NCBI GenBank assembly: GCA_027064425.1
Contig: JAMOPO010000027.1
Span: 1-64,000 of the forward strand
DNA length: 64,000 nt
From: Methanobacteriota archaeon
Lineage (GTDB): Archaea > JAADCQ01 > Methanopyri > Methanopyrales > Methanopyraceae
Direction of reading: 5' to 3'
A program made the position numbers and the translations under genes. Under the pieces are notes generated by a model. That model did not search any database. It worked only from the letters and a program-made list of their open reading frames with translations, and had not been told where the DNA came from. Below are positions 19,222 through 29,243 of this stretch, in pieces (position 1 is the first letter of the stretch; each line of letters starts with the position of its first letter).

Positions 19222-20331
19222 ATGCTCCGCCGCATTTTCCGAAGACCACGCCGGGCCGCCCGGAGCCGCCTCCGCTCGATTAAAAAGCAGGTGGGTACCG
19301 TAGACCCCGAGGCGGTGGCCAAGACCGTGGGAGGGCCGATGGAGGAGGAGGGTCGCCCGGCGCGAGTTCAGCCGGAGCGGACTGAAGAGCGGGAGGAGGG
19401 CGAGGTGGACCGGGAGAAGTTCGACTCGTTCATTCGGACCTACTCGGGAAGGACGAGGACGGAGATGGTCACCGCCTACCCGGTGTACGAGGCCATTCGC
19501 CTGCTCTCCTCGATGGACGGCCGCAGGATCAGGAAGACGCTCCACGACGTCGCCGCGATGCGCCTCCCGCTGCTGCTCGCCTCCCACAATGCGGTCGGTC
19601 CAACGACCAATCTGACGGAGGGACTCCCGCCCGAGTCCAACGAGTACGTTGTGGCCTCCCCGTATTACAGGCAGAGCCTGAGGCCGCTCTACCCGGACTC
19701 GCTTCGAGTAGCCAAGTTGGAGGAGGGAAACATCGTCAAGCGCCGCTGGAAGCGGCTGCCCGAGGTGTGCTCCTGGGGTGTTGAGGCGGCCATCGTCCAG
19801 GAGCTGTGGGAGAGCTCCCCCGTGGTCGTCCTGACCACGGACTCCGTGTCGTCGCTGTACGGGGTCTACCTGTCCTCGATGCTGGACGCCCCCGTCATGG
19901 ACGTATCCTACCTGTGGTTATACACCAAGGGTAAGCCGCTGTGGAGGGATGAGCGGGGCAGGAAGCGCGCGCTCCACTGGTGCCAGGCGGAGGTGCTCCG
20001 CTCCCTGAAGCCAGACTACATCGTGATCCTAGGGAGCATCAAGCGCCGGAAGTTCAAGCGCGTCCGCCGCGCGATCAGGTCGGAGGTGCGCAGTTCCACG
20101 CTCGTCCCCATTATTGCCAGGGATCATCGGTCCCTGGGCGAGAAGCTCCTGAAGAGCATCGAGAGCGAGGTTCCGCTGGCCGGGGAGCCTGTTCACAAGG
20201 TCTTCCAGCCGGATCCGCGCGTGTCCCGACTGATCAAGGAGCGAACGCTGGTCCCGCTTCCCGTCTCGGCTTACAATGAGGTGAAGTCCCTGCGGTTCCG
20301 GCCGCTGACGCTCGAAATCGAAATTGAGTAA
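19222..20331 (+). CDS. Hypothetical protein (basic, lineage-specific)
   Basis: 369-aa ORF, GAGGAGG RBS, fills the gap; no recognisable motif. Confidence 0.7.
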   Translation: MLRRIFRRPRRAARSRLRSIKKQVGTVDPEAVAKTVGGPMEEEGRPARVQPERTEEREEGEVDREKFDSFIRTYSGRTRTEMVTAYPVYEAIRLLSSMDGRRIRKTLHDVAAMRLPLLLASHNAVGPTTNLTEGLPPESNEYVVASPYYRQSLRPLYPDSLRVAKLEEGNIVKRRWKRLPEVCSWGVEAAIVQELWESSPVVVLTTDSVSSLYGVYLSSMLDAPVMDVSYLWLYTKGKPLWRDERGRKRALHWCQAEVLRSLKPDYIVILGSIKRRKFKRVRRAIRSEVRSSTLVPIIARDHRSLGEKLLKSIESEVPLAGEPVHKVFQPDPRVSRLIKERTLVPLPVSAYNEVKSLRFRPLTLEIEIE

Positions 20332-20333
20332 CG

Positions 20334-21101
20334 TCAGACCACCCAGCACCTCCGGAAGCACTCGGCCACGGCCTCCGTTACCGGCCCCTTGAGCACGCGC
20401 ACCCGGGTCGAGTTATCCTCCTTCACACATTCGAACCGCTCTCCCCTCTCCTCCGGCAGCGGTGCGTGAACGAGGACGTTGAAGCACTCCGAAAGCCGCC
20501 ATCCGCGCGACTCGTCCTCACGCTCGGCGGACCTAGACCGAGCGTTGGCCTCGCCCGGGTCCACCCCTTTCACCTGCGGCCACTCCGGTAGGAGGGTCAG
20601 CGAGCAGGCTCCGGGTCGAGCCTTCAGCCCGAGCCGGGCCGCCAGCCAGGCGGTGGACTGGTCTCCGAGACCGCACTTCAGTAACGGCACGTCCACCTCC
20701 AGCTCGTACAGGGCCCGGAGCCCGGGTCGACCCCGGATCAGCTCGGAGACGTTCGTCCCGTCCAGCACGGCATCGACGCCGTCAACGGCCTCGGTTATGG
20801 CCGAGTAGATCTCGAGCTTGCACGCGTAGCACGGGTGGTCGTCGGCACCGGACAGGACCTCTTCCACGCTCGGCCGGACGATGATCTGATCGACGTCCAG
20901 CGGCGGTTTCGGGGTGAGGTCGGGCCGGTAGGGCAGGGCGGCCGTGCACGCGACGACGTTTTCCCTCCCCAAAGCTTTAACCGCGGCCTGGAGCAGGACG
21001 GAGCTGTCGCGGCCGCCCGAGTAAGCCACCGCCACGCGCTCGTACGACGATTCAAGGTAGTTCCTCAGCCGCCGGTACAGTCTCAGCGGAAACGACGGCA
21101 C
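20334..21101 (-). CDS. PP-loop ATPase, LarE-like sulfur transferase
   Basis: AYSGGRDS, CYACK, DGTN...RPGLRA. Confidence 0.75.
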   Translation of the reverse strand: MPSFPLRLYRRLRNYLESSYERVAVAYSGGRDSSVLLQAAVKALGRENVVACTAALPYRPDLTPKPPLDVDQIIVRPSVEEVLSGADDHPCYACKLEIYSAITEAVDGVDAVLDGTNVSELIRGRPGLRALYELEVDVPLLKCGLGDQSTAWLAARLGLKARPGACSLTLLPEWPQVKGVDPGEANARSRSAEREDESRGWRLSECFNVLVHAPLPEERGERFECVKEDNSTRVRVLKGPVTEAVAECFRRCWVV

Positions 21102-21143
21102 GGGCCCTCCCCCACCGAGGCGGTGTAAACCGGGGGTTGAGGG

Positions 21144-23417
21144 TTGGAGGAGGTGTTGATTGAAGGGTTCGGGCCCGGAGACACGCCCAAGGACGTCCTC
21201 AACCGGCTCCGCGATCACCGCGTCAACCCCTCGGAGGTCGGTAAGATTTGGCTGGCCAACGGGGCCGCCCTGTGTGAGGTCCGGCCCGGCGCGGCAAGGA
21301 GGCTGCTGCGCAGCGGGTCCGCACGTCGGCCGGGTGAGGACGAGGCCCGGGAGATAAAGGCCGTGGACGAGTACGTCCGGCGGTTTCAGCGGCTGGTTCA
21401 GCTCGAGCGGGAGGCGGAGATGAAGGCCATGGAGGAGGAGATCAAGCGGCTCTCGGGCCGCGAGCGCGAGGAGAAGGGGCGGGCCGTGCTCAACCTCCGG
21501 GGAACCCGAGCGGGGCGCGAGGTCGGCGGTTACTACCTGGTCAAGTACGGGAGGCGGGAGGAGATCGACACCCAAATCTCGGTGGGAGACCTCGTCCTGG
21601 TGAGTCGCGGCGACCCGCTGAAGAGCGATTTAACCGGGACCGTCGTGGAGAAGACGCGGCGCTCGATCACCGTCGCGTTCGAGAACCCGCCGCCCAAGTG
21701 GGCCCTTGGGAAGGGGATCCGGCTCGACCTGTACGCCAACGACGTCACGTTCCAGCGCATGATGGAGGCGCTGGAGAGGATCCGGCACGCCGAGGGTCGA
21801 CTTCGGGAGCTGCGGAACGCGATCATCGGGCTCAGGGAACCGAAGGAGGCGAGCCCCGAGGACGTCGACTTCGTGGACCGCGAGCTGAACCGCTCGCAGA
21901 AGGAGGCGGTCCGGTACTCCCTGGGCGCACCCGACTTCTTCCTAATCCACGGTCCGCCGGGCACGGGCAAGACACGGACGCTGACCGAGGTGATCGTGCA
22001 GGAGGTGAGGCGAGGAAACAAGGTGCTCGCCACGGCCGAGTCGAACGTGGCGGCGGACAACCTGCTCGAGAACCTGCTGGAGCGGGGCGTGAACGCGGTC
22101 CGGGTCGGACACCCCGCCCGGGTCTCGAAGCGGCTGAAGGAGCGCACGCTCAGCGCGCTGGTGGAGGAGCACCCGCTCTACGAGAAGGCGGAGCGGCTCC
22201 GGGAGAAGGCGCGGAAGCTGATGAAGGAACGGGACCGGTACCAGCGTCCCGTGCCCAGGTGGCGTCGCGGCATGTCGGACGAGATGATCCTGCGGCTCGC
22301 CAAGCAGGGAAGAGGAGCGCGCGGGGTACCGCCCCGGATCATCAAGAGCATGGCCCAGTGGATCAGGCTGAACCGGAAGGTGGAGAAGCTCTTTGAGAAG
22401 GCCGAGGAGCTGGAGGAGAAGGCGGTCCGAGAGATCCTGGAGGAGGCCGAGGTAGTGGTCACGACCAACGCGAGCGCGGGCCTCGAGTTCCTGGACGGGA
22501 TCGAGTTCGATGTGGCCGTGATCGACGAGGGCTCCCAGGCGACCGAGCCCTCCGTCCTGATCCCAATCACCCGGGCCAAGCGGTTCGTTATCGCGGGCGA
22601 CCACAAGCAGCTTCCCCCGACGATCCTCAGCGAGGAGGCGGAGCCGGAGCTCTCCAGGACCCTGTTCGAGCGTTTGATCGAGGAGCACCCGAGGCTGTCC
22701 CGCATGCTGCGCGTCCAGTACCGCATGCACGAGGACATCATGGAGTTTCCGAACCGGGAGTTCTACGAGGGCAAGCTGGAGGCGCACGAGAGCGTCCGGC
22801 ACCACACGCTGGCCGACCTCGGGGTGGCCGAGCCCGACGCGGAGGAGCCGTGGTCGCGGGTGTTGGACCCGGAGGAGCCGCTCGGCTTCGTCGACACTTC
22901 GGGGCTGCCCGAGAGGGTGCGGCGGGAGCGGAGGCGACCGGGCTCTAAGTCCCGGGAGAACCCGCTGGAGGCGGCTATCAGCGTCTTCCTGGTGGAGCGG
23001 CTGGTCGAGCAGGGGCTCCCGGCGGACGACGTGGCCATCATCACCCCGTACGATGACCAGGTGGACCTCATCAGCCGCCTGCTGCGCGAGCGGGACCTTG
23101 AGGACGTGGAGGTGAACTCGGTGGACGGGTTCCAGGGAAGGGAGAAGGAGGCCATCATCGTGTCGTTCGTGCGCAGCAACCCGGAGGGCCGAGTGGGCTT
23201 CCTGGAGGACCTCCGTCGGCTCAACGTGGCCATCACCCGGCCGCGGCGGAAGCTCGTCTGCGTGGGAGACGCCGAGACGCTGTCCAGCCACCCCACCTAC
23301 CGGCGCTTCATCGACCACGTCCGGGAGCGCGGAGTCCTAATAAAGCCGACCTCCCTGCGCCCCCTGGCGCCGCTCCTGGACGCGGCCAGGGCGGTCCCCA
23401 GCGGTGGTAGGGGGTGA
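21144..23417 (+). CDS. Superfamily I (IGHMBP2/Upf1-like) DNA/RNA helicase
   Basis: GPPGTGKT, IDEGSQ, GDHKQLPP, QYRM, VDGFQGREK, RRLNVAITR. Confidence 0.95.
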   Translation: MEEVLIEGFGPGDTPKDVLNRLRDHRVNPSEVGKIWLANGAALCEVRPGAARRLLRSGSARRPGEDEAREIKAVDEYVRRFQRLVQLEREAEMKAMEEEIKRLSGREREEKGRAVLNLRGTRAGREVGGYYLVKYGRREEIDTQISVGDLVLVSRGDPLKSDLTGTVVEKTRRSITVAFENPPPKWALGKGIRLDLYANDVTFQRMMEALERIRHAEGRLRELRNAIIGLREPKEASPEDVDFVDRELNRSQKEAVRYSLGAPDFFLIHGPPGTGKTRTLTEVIVQEVRRGNKVLATAESNVAADNLLENLLERGVNAVRVGHPARVSKRLKERTLSALVEEHPLYEKAERLREKARKLMKERDRYQRPVPRWRRGMSDEMILRLAKQGRGARGVPPRIIKSMAQWIRLNRKVEKLFEKAEELEEKAVREILEEAEVVVTTNASAGLEFLDGIEFDVAVIDEGSQATEPSVLIPITRAKRFVIAGDHKQLPPTILSEEAEPELSRTLFERLIEEHPRLSRMLRVQYRMHEDIMEFPNREFYEGKLEAHESVRHHTLADLGVAEPDAEEPWSRVLDPEEPLGFVDTSGLPERVRRERRRPGSKSRENPLEAAISVFLVERLVEQGLPADDVAIITPYDDQVDLISRLLRERDLEDVEVNSVDGFQGREKEAIIVSFVRSNPEGRVGFLEDLRRLNVAITRPRRKLVCVGDAETLSSHPTYRRFIDHVRERGVLIKPTSLRPLAPLLDAARAVPSGGRG

Positions 23418-23689
23418 GAAAGTTCACCCCCATGATCGTCGAGACGATCGCCGGCGGCGAGGTCTTCCTGGGAATGGGCGAGTACTCGCAGCGTATCCAC
23501 CTGGACGAGCTGGTCCTGTGGTTTGGGGTACTCCTGGACGATGAGCACGTGATCGACGAGGACCGTCGCGTCGAAGAAAAGGTGGACAAGCTCCTGAAAA
23601 CGCTGTACTACGGCACCGTCGGCTACGTGGTTGAGAAGCACACGGACGAGGGTGACAACGCCTGGATCTATGCCCGCGCGCACACGTGA
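23414..23689 (+). CDS. Small hypothetical protein
   Basis: GTGA overlap with the helicase stop; acidic composition typical of the genome. Confidence 0.6.
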   Translation: MRKFTPMIVETIAGGEVFLGMGEYSQRIHLDELVLWFGVLLDDEHVIDEDRRVEEKVDKLLKTLYYGTVGYVVEKHTDEGDNAWIYARAHT

Positions 23690-23747
23690 ACCGCAACGGA
23701 TATTACATGCACTGGTCGGCGTGCTACCGCGGTGGGGGAGGCGGGCG

Positions 23748-24359
23748 GTGCGGTGGCAGGCCGCGGCGGCACTGGCGATAGCGCTGACGCTCTCGCCGCT
23801 CCCGCTGCGAGGGGTGTTCGACGAGAAGTACTCCCAGTACCTCCACGCCGTCCGGCTCCAGGCCGCGGTCTCGGACCTGGACAAGGCGTGCAAGGACCTC
23901 ACGGCGGTGCTCGCCTCACTGGACTACTTGTCGTACAAGGCCGCGTTGTACGATAACACCGTGAGGCTGGGCCAAGACCCCGGCCGCGACCGGCTGGAGC
24001 TGCTGAAGACCGTCCGCGGGGCCGAGCGCCGCCTTAACGCTGCCCGCCACCGACTGCTGAACGCGGAGAAAAAAGGGGTGAAGGTGCACGGGTCCCTGCG
24101 GCGAGTGTCCGCGGCCCTGCGCGCGCTGGACGAGGTGCGGCGACTAGTCGAGGAGGGACGACCCGGTGCCTCTGACCGGCTAAGGCCGGTGGCCAAGCTC
24201 GCGCGGGTGGTGAACGGGCTGGAGGCGAAGAAGCAGGAACTGATGCAGCGCATGGTGGCGACCATGGTGAGGACGAAGTACTACGAGCTCGTTGAGAACG
24301 TGCTGTTCCTGCCCCCCTTCAACGCGGTGTTCGCACTGGCCACCGCCGCCGGGCCGTAG
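23748..24359 (+). CDS. Hypothetical exported/membrane-anchored helical protein
   Basis: GGGGGAGG RBS; signal-like N-terminus; hydrophobic C-terminus; 12 bp upstream of DUF2162 gene. Confidence 0.6.
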   Translation: MRWQAAAALAIALTLSPLPLRGVFDEKYSQYLHAVRLQAAVSDLDKACKDLTAVLASLDYLSYKAALYDNTVRLGQDPGRDRLELLKTVRGAERRLNAARHRLLNAEKKGVKVHGSLRRVSAALRALDEVRRLVEEGRPGASDRLRPVAKLARVVNGLEAKKQELMQRMVATMVRTKYYELVENVLFLPPFNAVFALATAAGP

Positions 24360-24371
24360 GGGGCCGGGGTC

Positions 24372-25580
24372 TTGAGGTTCGCCCCGGCGCTGACCTTCCT
24401 CGCGTACGCGGTCGCCAGCACCCTCGTCCTGGTCAGGTACCACCCCATGACACCGTCGGACGCTCTCGCTTACGGCCTGGTGTACGGTCTCGCGGCCTCG
24501 GCTCTGGCCGTGGGAACCGGAGCCCTGCTGGACAGGATGCTGCGGCTGGGTGAGATCAGGAAGCTCGTGCGAAGCGTGTCGGAGGGGTTCGCCCTCTCCG
24601 GGGCGGCTTTGACGGCGGGCCTGGCGGATCCGGTCCTTGGGGCCAGCCTGGCCTCGCTGACCGCGCTCCTGACCTCAGGATACCTAATCTCGAGGCGCGC
24701 CGAGGTACCGCTGTCCAAGAGCGTCGCGGGCGTCGCGGCCGCCGCGTCGGTGGTGTTCGCGGCGCTCACCTCCTGGATGGTCGTCCCGTTCTTCGCGGAC
24801 AACCCGATTTACGCGCTTGCGATCGCGTTCTTCGTCTTCATTGTCGGCCTGAAAACGGGACTGGGTATCGGGTTCGCGGGGTTCAGCCTGCCCCGCGCCG
24901 CGCTAGTCGTCCTCCTGCTATCCGCGCTGATGGTGCCGGCGATCCTGGGGCTGGGCCACCTGGTGAGCGAGTTCATGTCTGCGGCCCTGGCGACTCAGCG
25001 GTACGCGCTCCTCGGGCACGCGATCCTTGGAGGCCTGCTGATGGGAATCGGGGCCTTCATCGCTCGCAGGTGGCACGTGGAGCGGTCCGCCGAGGACGTG
25101 GCCCGGCTGGGCGCCTTCGTCGTGGCCGTACCGTGCCCGATCTGCCTGATCGGCGTCGCGCTGTCCGTGGCACTGTACTCCAAGATCGGCTCGCTCAGCC
25201 TGACGCAGTCCGCGCTCGTTCTCTGGGCCTGCTACGCGTCCACGGCGTTCGCCAGCCTGATCACGGCCGAGTCCCTGCTTCGAGCCCTCCGGGTGTCGCC
25301 CGCGGTGGCCCTTAGCGGCTTGGAGAACGCCGTCGGCCTGCTGTTCGTGCTCACCGGGCTTATCGCCTGGCTGTACCCGCTGTGGAAGAAGGCCCCGAAG
25401 GTCAGGATCCCGGTGCCACCGGCGCGCGAGCTGTGTCCAGTGCTGCTTACACTCCTCGGACTAGCGGCCCTCGGTTACTACTGGGCCGTGCGGCGGGAGG
25501 AGCGTGGCGAGTACCCGCCCTCCAACCCCATCGACGACGCGCTGAGGGTGGTGATAAGGTGGCTAGCGTCGCGACGGTGA
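24372..25580 (+). CDS. DUF2162-like polytopic membrane protein (putative transporter)
   Basis: Many TM helices; PCPIC motif; context with ExbB-like and DUF2149 genes. Confidence 0.7.
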   Translation: MRFAPALTFLAYAVASTLVLVRYHPMTPSDALAYGLVYGLAASALAVGTGALLDRMLRLGEIRKLVRSVSEGFALSGAALTAGLADPVLGASLASLTALLTSGYLISRRAEVPLSKSVAGVAAAASVVFAALTSWMVVPFFADNPIYALAIAFFVFIVGLKTGLGIGFAGFSLPRAALVVLLLSALMVPAILGLGHLVSEFMSAALATQRYALLGHAILGGLLMGIGAFIARRWHVERSAEDVARLGAFVVAVPCPICLIGVALSVALYSKIGSLSLTQSALVLWACYASTAFASLITAESLLRALRVSPAVALSGLENAVGLLFVLTGLIAWLYPLWKKAPKVRIPVPPARELCPVLLTLLGLAALGYYWAVRREERGEYPPSNPIDDALRVVIRWLASRR

Positions 25581-26173
25581 TCAACCAGGTGCTGTACGTC
25601 GTGATGGAGGCCCTGTTCTACCCGACGGTGATTTTCCTGCTGCTCTTCTTCGGGTACTCCATCGTCGAGCTGGGCATGTTTCTCCGAGAAGTCATCCTCC
25701 GCCCGCACTTCACGCGTCGGGACCTGGAGGAGGTGGCGGAGAAGTTCCCCGACGTCGGCGACGTCCCGCTGCCGCCGCACTTCCGAGAGTATCTGCGCCG
25801 GTTGAAGCAGATCATTCAGAACTCGGGCGATCCGGAGGAGGCGGGGCTCCGGGCCGAGAAGGAGCTGGAAAACCTGGAGAACTACCTGGCCAGGAAGCTC
25901 GGCAGAACCAGGATCGTCGTCAGGCTGGGTCCGATGCTGGGGCTGATGGGCACGCTGATCCCGCTGGGCCCGGGCCTCGAGCAGATGGCGAAGGGCAACA
26001 TCGCCGGGCTCGCCACGGCCCTCATCACGGCCTTCGCGACCACCGTCGTCGGGCTGGCCTCCGCCGGCGTCTGCTACGTGATCACCCTCTTCCGCTCCCG
26101 CTGGTACGAAAAGGACGTCTCCGACCTCGAGTTCCTGGCGGAGACCATCATCAGCCGCGAGCTCGGGGGATAG
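25559..26173 (+). CDS. MotA/TolQ/ExbB proton-channel family protein
   Basis: RLGPMLGLMGTLIPLG...LITAFATTVVGL. Confidence 0.9.
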   Translation: MASVATVINQVLYVVMEALFYPTVIFLLLFFGYSIVELGMFLREVILRPHFTRRDLEEVAEKFPDVGDVPLPPHFREYLRRLKQIIQNSGDPEEAGLRAEKELENLENYLARKLGRTRIVVRLGPMLGLMGTLIPLGPGLEQMAKGNIAGLATALITAFATTVVGLASAGVCYVITLFRSRWYEKDVSDLEFLAETIISRELGG

Positions 26174-26176
26174 ACC

Positions 26177-26551
26177 GTGCCCCGGTACCTCCGCCGCCGA
26201 CGCCGACGGCGGTTCCTGAACCCGGACGAGGATGACGACCCGCTCACGGGCGTCGCCAACCTCTTCGACGCCGCGATGGTCTTCGCGCTGGCCTTTATCA
26301 TCACGATGTCCGCCAGCTACGGGCTGACGAAGGTGCTGAACCCGAAGGTGTCGGAGGCGACCATTATCACCAAGACAACCTCCGGCAAGGTGGTCGTGAC
26401 CAAGGTTTACCGGACTCCGTCCGGCGTCAAGGTCGAGCGGTTCAAGGAGGTAACCCGGGCCAAGCGCGGCGGCGCGCAGCTGGGCCAGATGAAGAAGGTG
26501 GGCGGAACGGTGTACAAGGTGGGCAAGAAGTACGTGTGGGTGCCGGGCTAG
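26177..26551 (+). CDS. DUF2149 family protein (ExbD-like)
   Basis: DDPLTGVANLFDAAMVFA single TM; C-terminal GTVYK...YVWVP. Confidence 0.85.
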   Translation: MPRYLRRRRRRRFLNPDEDDDPLTGVANLFDAAMVFALAFIITMSASYGLTKVLNPKVSEATIITKTTSGKVVVTKVYRTPSGVKVERFKEVTRAKRGGAQLGQMKKVGGTVYKVGKKYVWVPG

Positions 26552-27390
26552 CGCCGCCGGACCGGCGGAATCACCGGAATCACCACCCACTCGGTGCCGG
26601 CCTGAGCCCCACCGCCCTCGGTTCCGCCCCCTCTTTTCGGTTGAGGCTGCGGTCGGTGCACCGTCACCTGCGGGTTGAACCGGGCCATCCACGCCAGGAG
26701 CTCCTCCGGGTCCGCCGTGATCCTGACGCCCTGGATGGTGATGTACGTCGGCGGATTCTCGTCGTATCCGTACCTGTCCCAGAACCACCTGACCCAGTCC
26801 ACCAGGTGCAGGTTCGGGTCCCCGAAGTACGCCCTTGAGATGTTCTTCAGGTACGCCCCGCGGACGTAGTCGCCCATCAGTCGCTCCGCGACCTCACAGG
26901 CCCGCTCCACGTACCTCCAGAACGCCTCCTCGCCGCCCAAGGTGGCCACCGCGTTGCCCAGCGCCCACCTGGCGAACGGACCCACCCACCTGTCCCACGG
27001 TCGGTAAAAGTCGCGGAGGACGGTGGTGATCCCGGCCCGCTCCCGCCACTCCCTCAGCGGCGACGTGCGCACGTGCGTGTAGACGTCCAGGAACAGGTGG
27101 CTGGCGATTCCAACCTCCGCGCACCAGATCGTCTGTAACCGGTCCAGCTGGAGGGCCGGCAGCACCGTCCTGTCCGCGATGATCTCGGCGTACTCGTGGA
27201 CGTGCCCGGGCCAGTGAGCCCACCGGTAGTCAACGTACCGGAGGTCTGGGTACCGGTCGTGGTAGGCCGCAGTCGCGAAATCCGGCGCCAGCGACGAGTA
27301 CAGGATTACGCCACCGTAATCGGGGTTCCCCGGGTAAGCCATTGTGGCTAGGACCAGCCCGTAGATCAGGTGGACCGGGCCCGAGGGCAT
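26548..27390 (-). CDS. Putative metal-dependent hydrolase (Zn-phospholipase C/YdjM-like) with Pro/Arg C-terminal tail
   Basis: N-terminal His, SSLAPD, GIASHLFLD; ends VVIPVIPPVRRR. Confidence 0.6.
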   Translation of the reverse strand: MPSGPVHLIYGLVLATMAYPGNPDYGGVILYSSLAPDFATAAYHDRYPDLRYVDYRWAHWPGHVHEYAEIIADRTVLPALQLDRLQTIWCAEVGIASHLFLDVYTHVRTSPLREWRERAGITTVLRDFYRPWDRWVGPFARWALGNAVATLGGEEAFWRYVERACEVAERLMGDYVRGAYLKNISRAYFGDPNLHLVDWVRWFWDRYGYDENPPTYITIQGVRITADPEELLAWMARFNPQVTVHRPQPQPKRGGGTEGGGAQAGTEWVVIPVIPPVRRR

Positions 27391-27412
27391 ACGCGCACCC
27401 CCCGGGGAGCGG

Positions 27413-27589
27413 GTGAGGTTGCCCAGGCATGTTATCTGCGCCAACTGCGGTAGGAGGGTCGGCAGGAAAAGGGTCCCGGCCGAGTGCCCGTTCTGCGGTG
27501 GAAGGACCTTCGTGCGCATGGATCCTAGGGAGCGCTCTCGGGACCTGCCCTGGTGGGTTCGGGAGCAGCTGAGGGAGGAGGCGGGTTGA
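27413..27589 (+). CDS. Small Zn-ribbon protein (58 aa; absent from ORF track)
   Basis: MRLPRHVICANCGRRVGRKRVPAECPFCGGRTFVRM...; GGGGAG RBS; TTGA overlap with next gene. Confidence 0.75.
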   Translation: MRLPRHVICANCGRRVGRKRVPAECPFCGGRTFVRMDPRERSRDLPWWVREQLREEAG

Positions 27590-28200
27590 TCGACAAGCGG
27601 GTTGCGATGGTGCTTGACCGGCTCCGGGGGTTCGAGCGGCCGAAGCTGCGGTTGGAGCAGTACGAGACTCCGGGGGAGCTGGTTCAGGCCCTGCTGTCCG
27701 TCGCTGAGGCGGAGGTGGGGTTGGAGGGCGCGCGGGTCCTGGACCTGGGGGCGGGGACGGGGAAGATCGGGATCGGGGCGGTGCTGGCCGGGGCGCGCCG
27801 GGCGACGCTGGTGGACGTGGACGAGGAGGCGCTGGAGGTGGCCAGGGAGAACGCGGAGCGGGCGGGCGTCCTGGATCGGGTGGAGCTGGTCTGCTGTGAC
27901 GTGCGGGAGTTCGAGGGCGGGGAGTTCGACGTCACGGTGATGAACCCACCGTTCGGCGTGCAGCGCCGGGGCGCGGACCGGCCGTTCGTGCGGGTAGGGC
28001 TGGAGCACTCGCCCGTGGTCGTTTCTCTGCACCGGGCGGGTACGGAGGACTTCTGGCGGGCGCGGGCGCGGGAGCTGGGGGCGGAGTGCGAGGTGGTTGG
28101 GAGGGCGCGGTTCCCCATCCCCGCGATGTACAAGCATCACCGGAGTAGGGTTAAACATGTGGAGGCGGTCGTGCTCGTGTTCCGGAGGAGGGAGGGGTAA
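27586..28200 (+). CDS. METTL5-family RNA methyltransferase
   Basis: LEQYETP, DLGAGTG, NPPFG. Confidence 0.92.
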   Translation: MIDKRVAMVLDRLRGFERPKLRLEQYETPGELVQALLSVAEAEVGLEGARVLDLGAGTGKIGIGAVLAGARRATLVDVDEEALEVARENAERAGVLDRVELVCCDVREFEGGEFDVTVMNPPFGVQRRGADRPFVRVGLEHSPVVVSLHRAGTEDFWRARARELGAECEVVGRARFPIPAMYKHHRSRVKHVEAVVLVFRRREG

Positions 28201-28212
28201 AGGGGGAACACC

Positions 28213-29235
28213 TTGGAGGATCCCGTCGAGAAGGTGAGGAACGCGCTGGTCCCGCACCTGGAGGAGCTGGACGAGGAGCGCGTGGCGGTGGTTGCGGACA
28301 TCGACGTGGATGGGTTGGCGAGCGCGGCGATACTGGGCCACGTGTTGGAGGGGCTGGAGCTGGACTTCGTGCTGTACTTCTCCCCGCCCGCGAACTTCGA
28401 GGAGGTCGTTTCCGGGATCGCGCCGGAGTGCGACGTGCTGATCGCGGCGGACCTGGGCTCCACGGCGAGGGACGCGGTGCAGGACGCTAAGTCCGAGGGC
28501 TGCAAGGTCTTCATCGTGGACCATCACCAGGTGCTCGAGGACGTGCGCCCGGACGTGTTCGTGCACGACACGCGGCTGTGCGCGGCGGAGCTGTGCTACT
28601 GGGCCACCCTGGATCTGCACGAGCGGGATCTGAAGCTGCTGGCGGCTTACGCGGCGTTCACGGACTACGCGGAGGAGCACTCACGCGTGCTGCGAGAGGT
28701 GCTCAAGGAGTACGATCGGCGCAAGGTTTACACAGAAGCCAGCCTGCTCGACTACGCGCTGGTGAAGATGGATGGTGACGACCGGCGCGAGCTCGCGCTC
28801 AAGCTCCCGGAAACCCCCGTTCCCGAGTTGGAGGAGGTCTACGAGCTGGCGCGGGAGGCCATGGAGGAGGAACACGAAGCACTTCAGCGCGCTCGGGAGG
28901 TGGCCGAATGCCTGGAAGAGGTCGTGGCGTACGCGATCATGAACGACATTCATCCCGCGATGACCGGCAGGGTCGCGTCTCACGTGGCGGGCGTGATGGG
29001 GACTCCCGTCGGGGTGTGCGTGAGAAGAGGGAAGGTCAGCGCCAGGGTCGTGGGCGAGGAAAGGGTCGACGTGGCCCGGGCGATCAGAAAGGCCGCGAAG
29101 GAGGTGGGAGGAAAGGGCGGAGGTCACGCTCCGGCGGCCGGCGGGGTCGTCCCCGAGAGTCGGGTGGAGGAGTTCCTGAAGCTGTTCGCGGAGGAGGTGA
29201 AGAAGCAGATACAGAACCGGACGAAGAGGTCCTGA
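28213..29235 (+). CDS. DHH/DHHA1 phosphoesterase (RecJ/NrnA-like)
   Basis: DIDVDG, ADLG, DHH, GGGHAPAAG. Confidence 0.9.
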   Translation: MEDPVEKVRNALVPHLEELDEERVAVVADIDVDGLASAAILGHVLEGLELDFVLYFSPPANFEEVVSGIAPECDVLIAADLGSTARDAVQDAKSEGCKVFIVDHHQVLEDVRPDVFVHDTRLCAAELCYWATLDLHERDLKLLAAYAAFTDYAEEHSRVLREVLKEYDRRKVYTEASLLDYALVKMDGDDRRELALKLPETPVPELEEVYELAREAMEEEHEALQRAREVAECLEEVVAYAIMNDIHPAMTGRVASHVAGVMGTPVGVCVRRGKVSARVVGEERVDVARAIRKAAKEVGGKGGGHAPAAGGVVPESRVEEFLKLFAEEVKKQIQNRTKRS

Positions 29236-29243
29236 GGAAGTAC

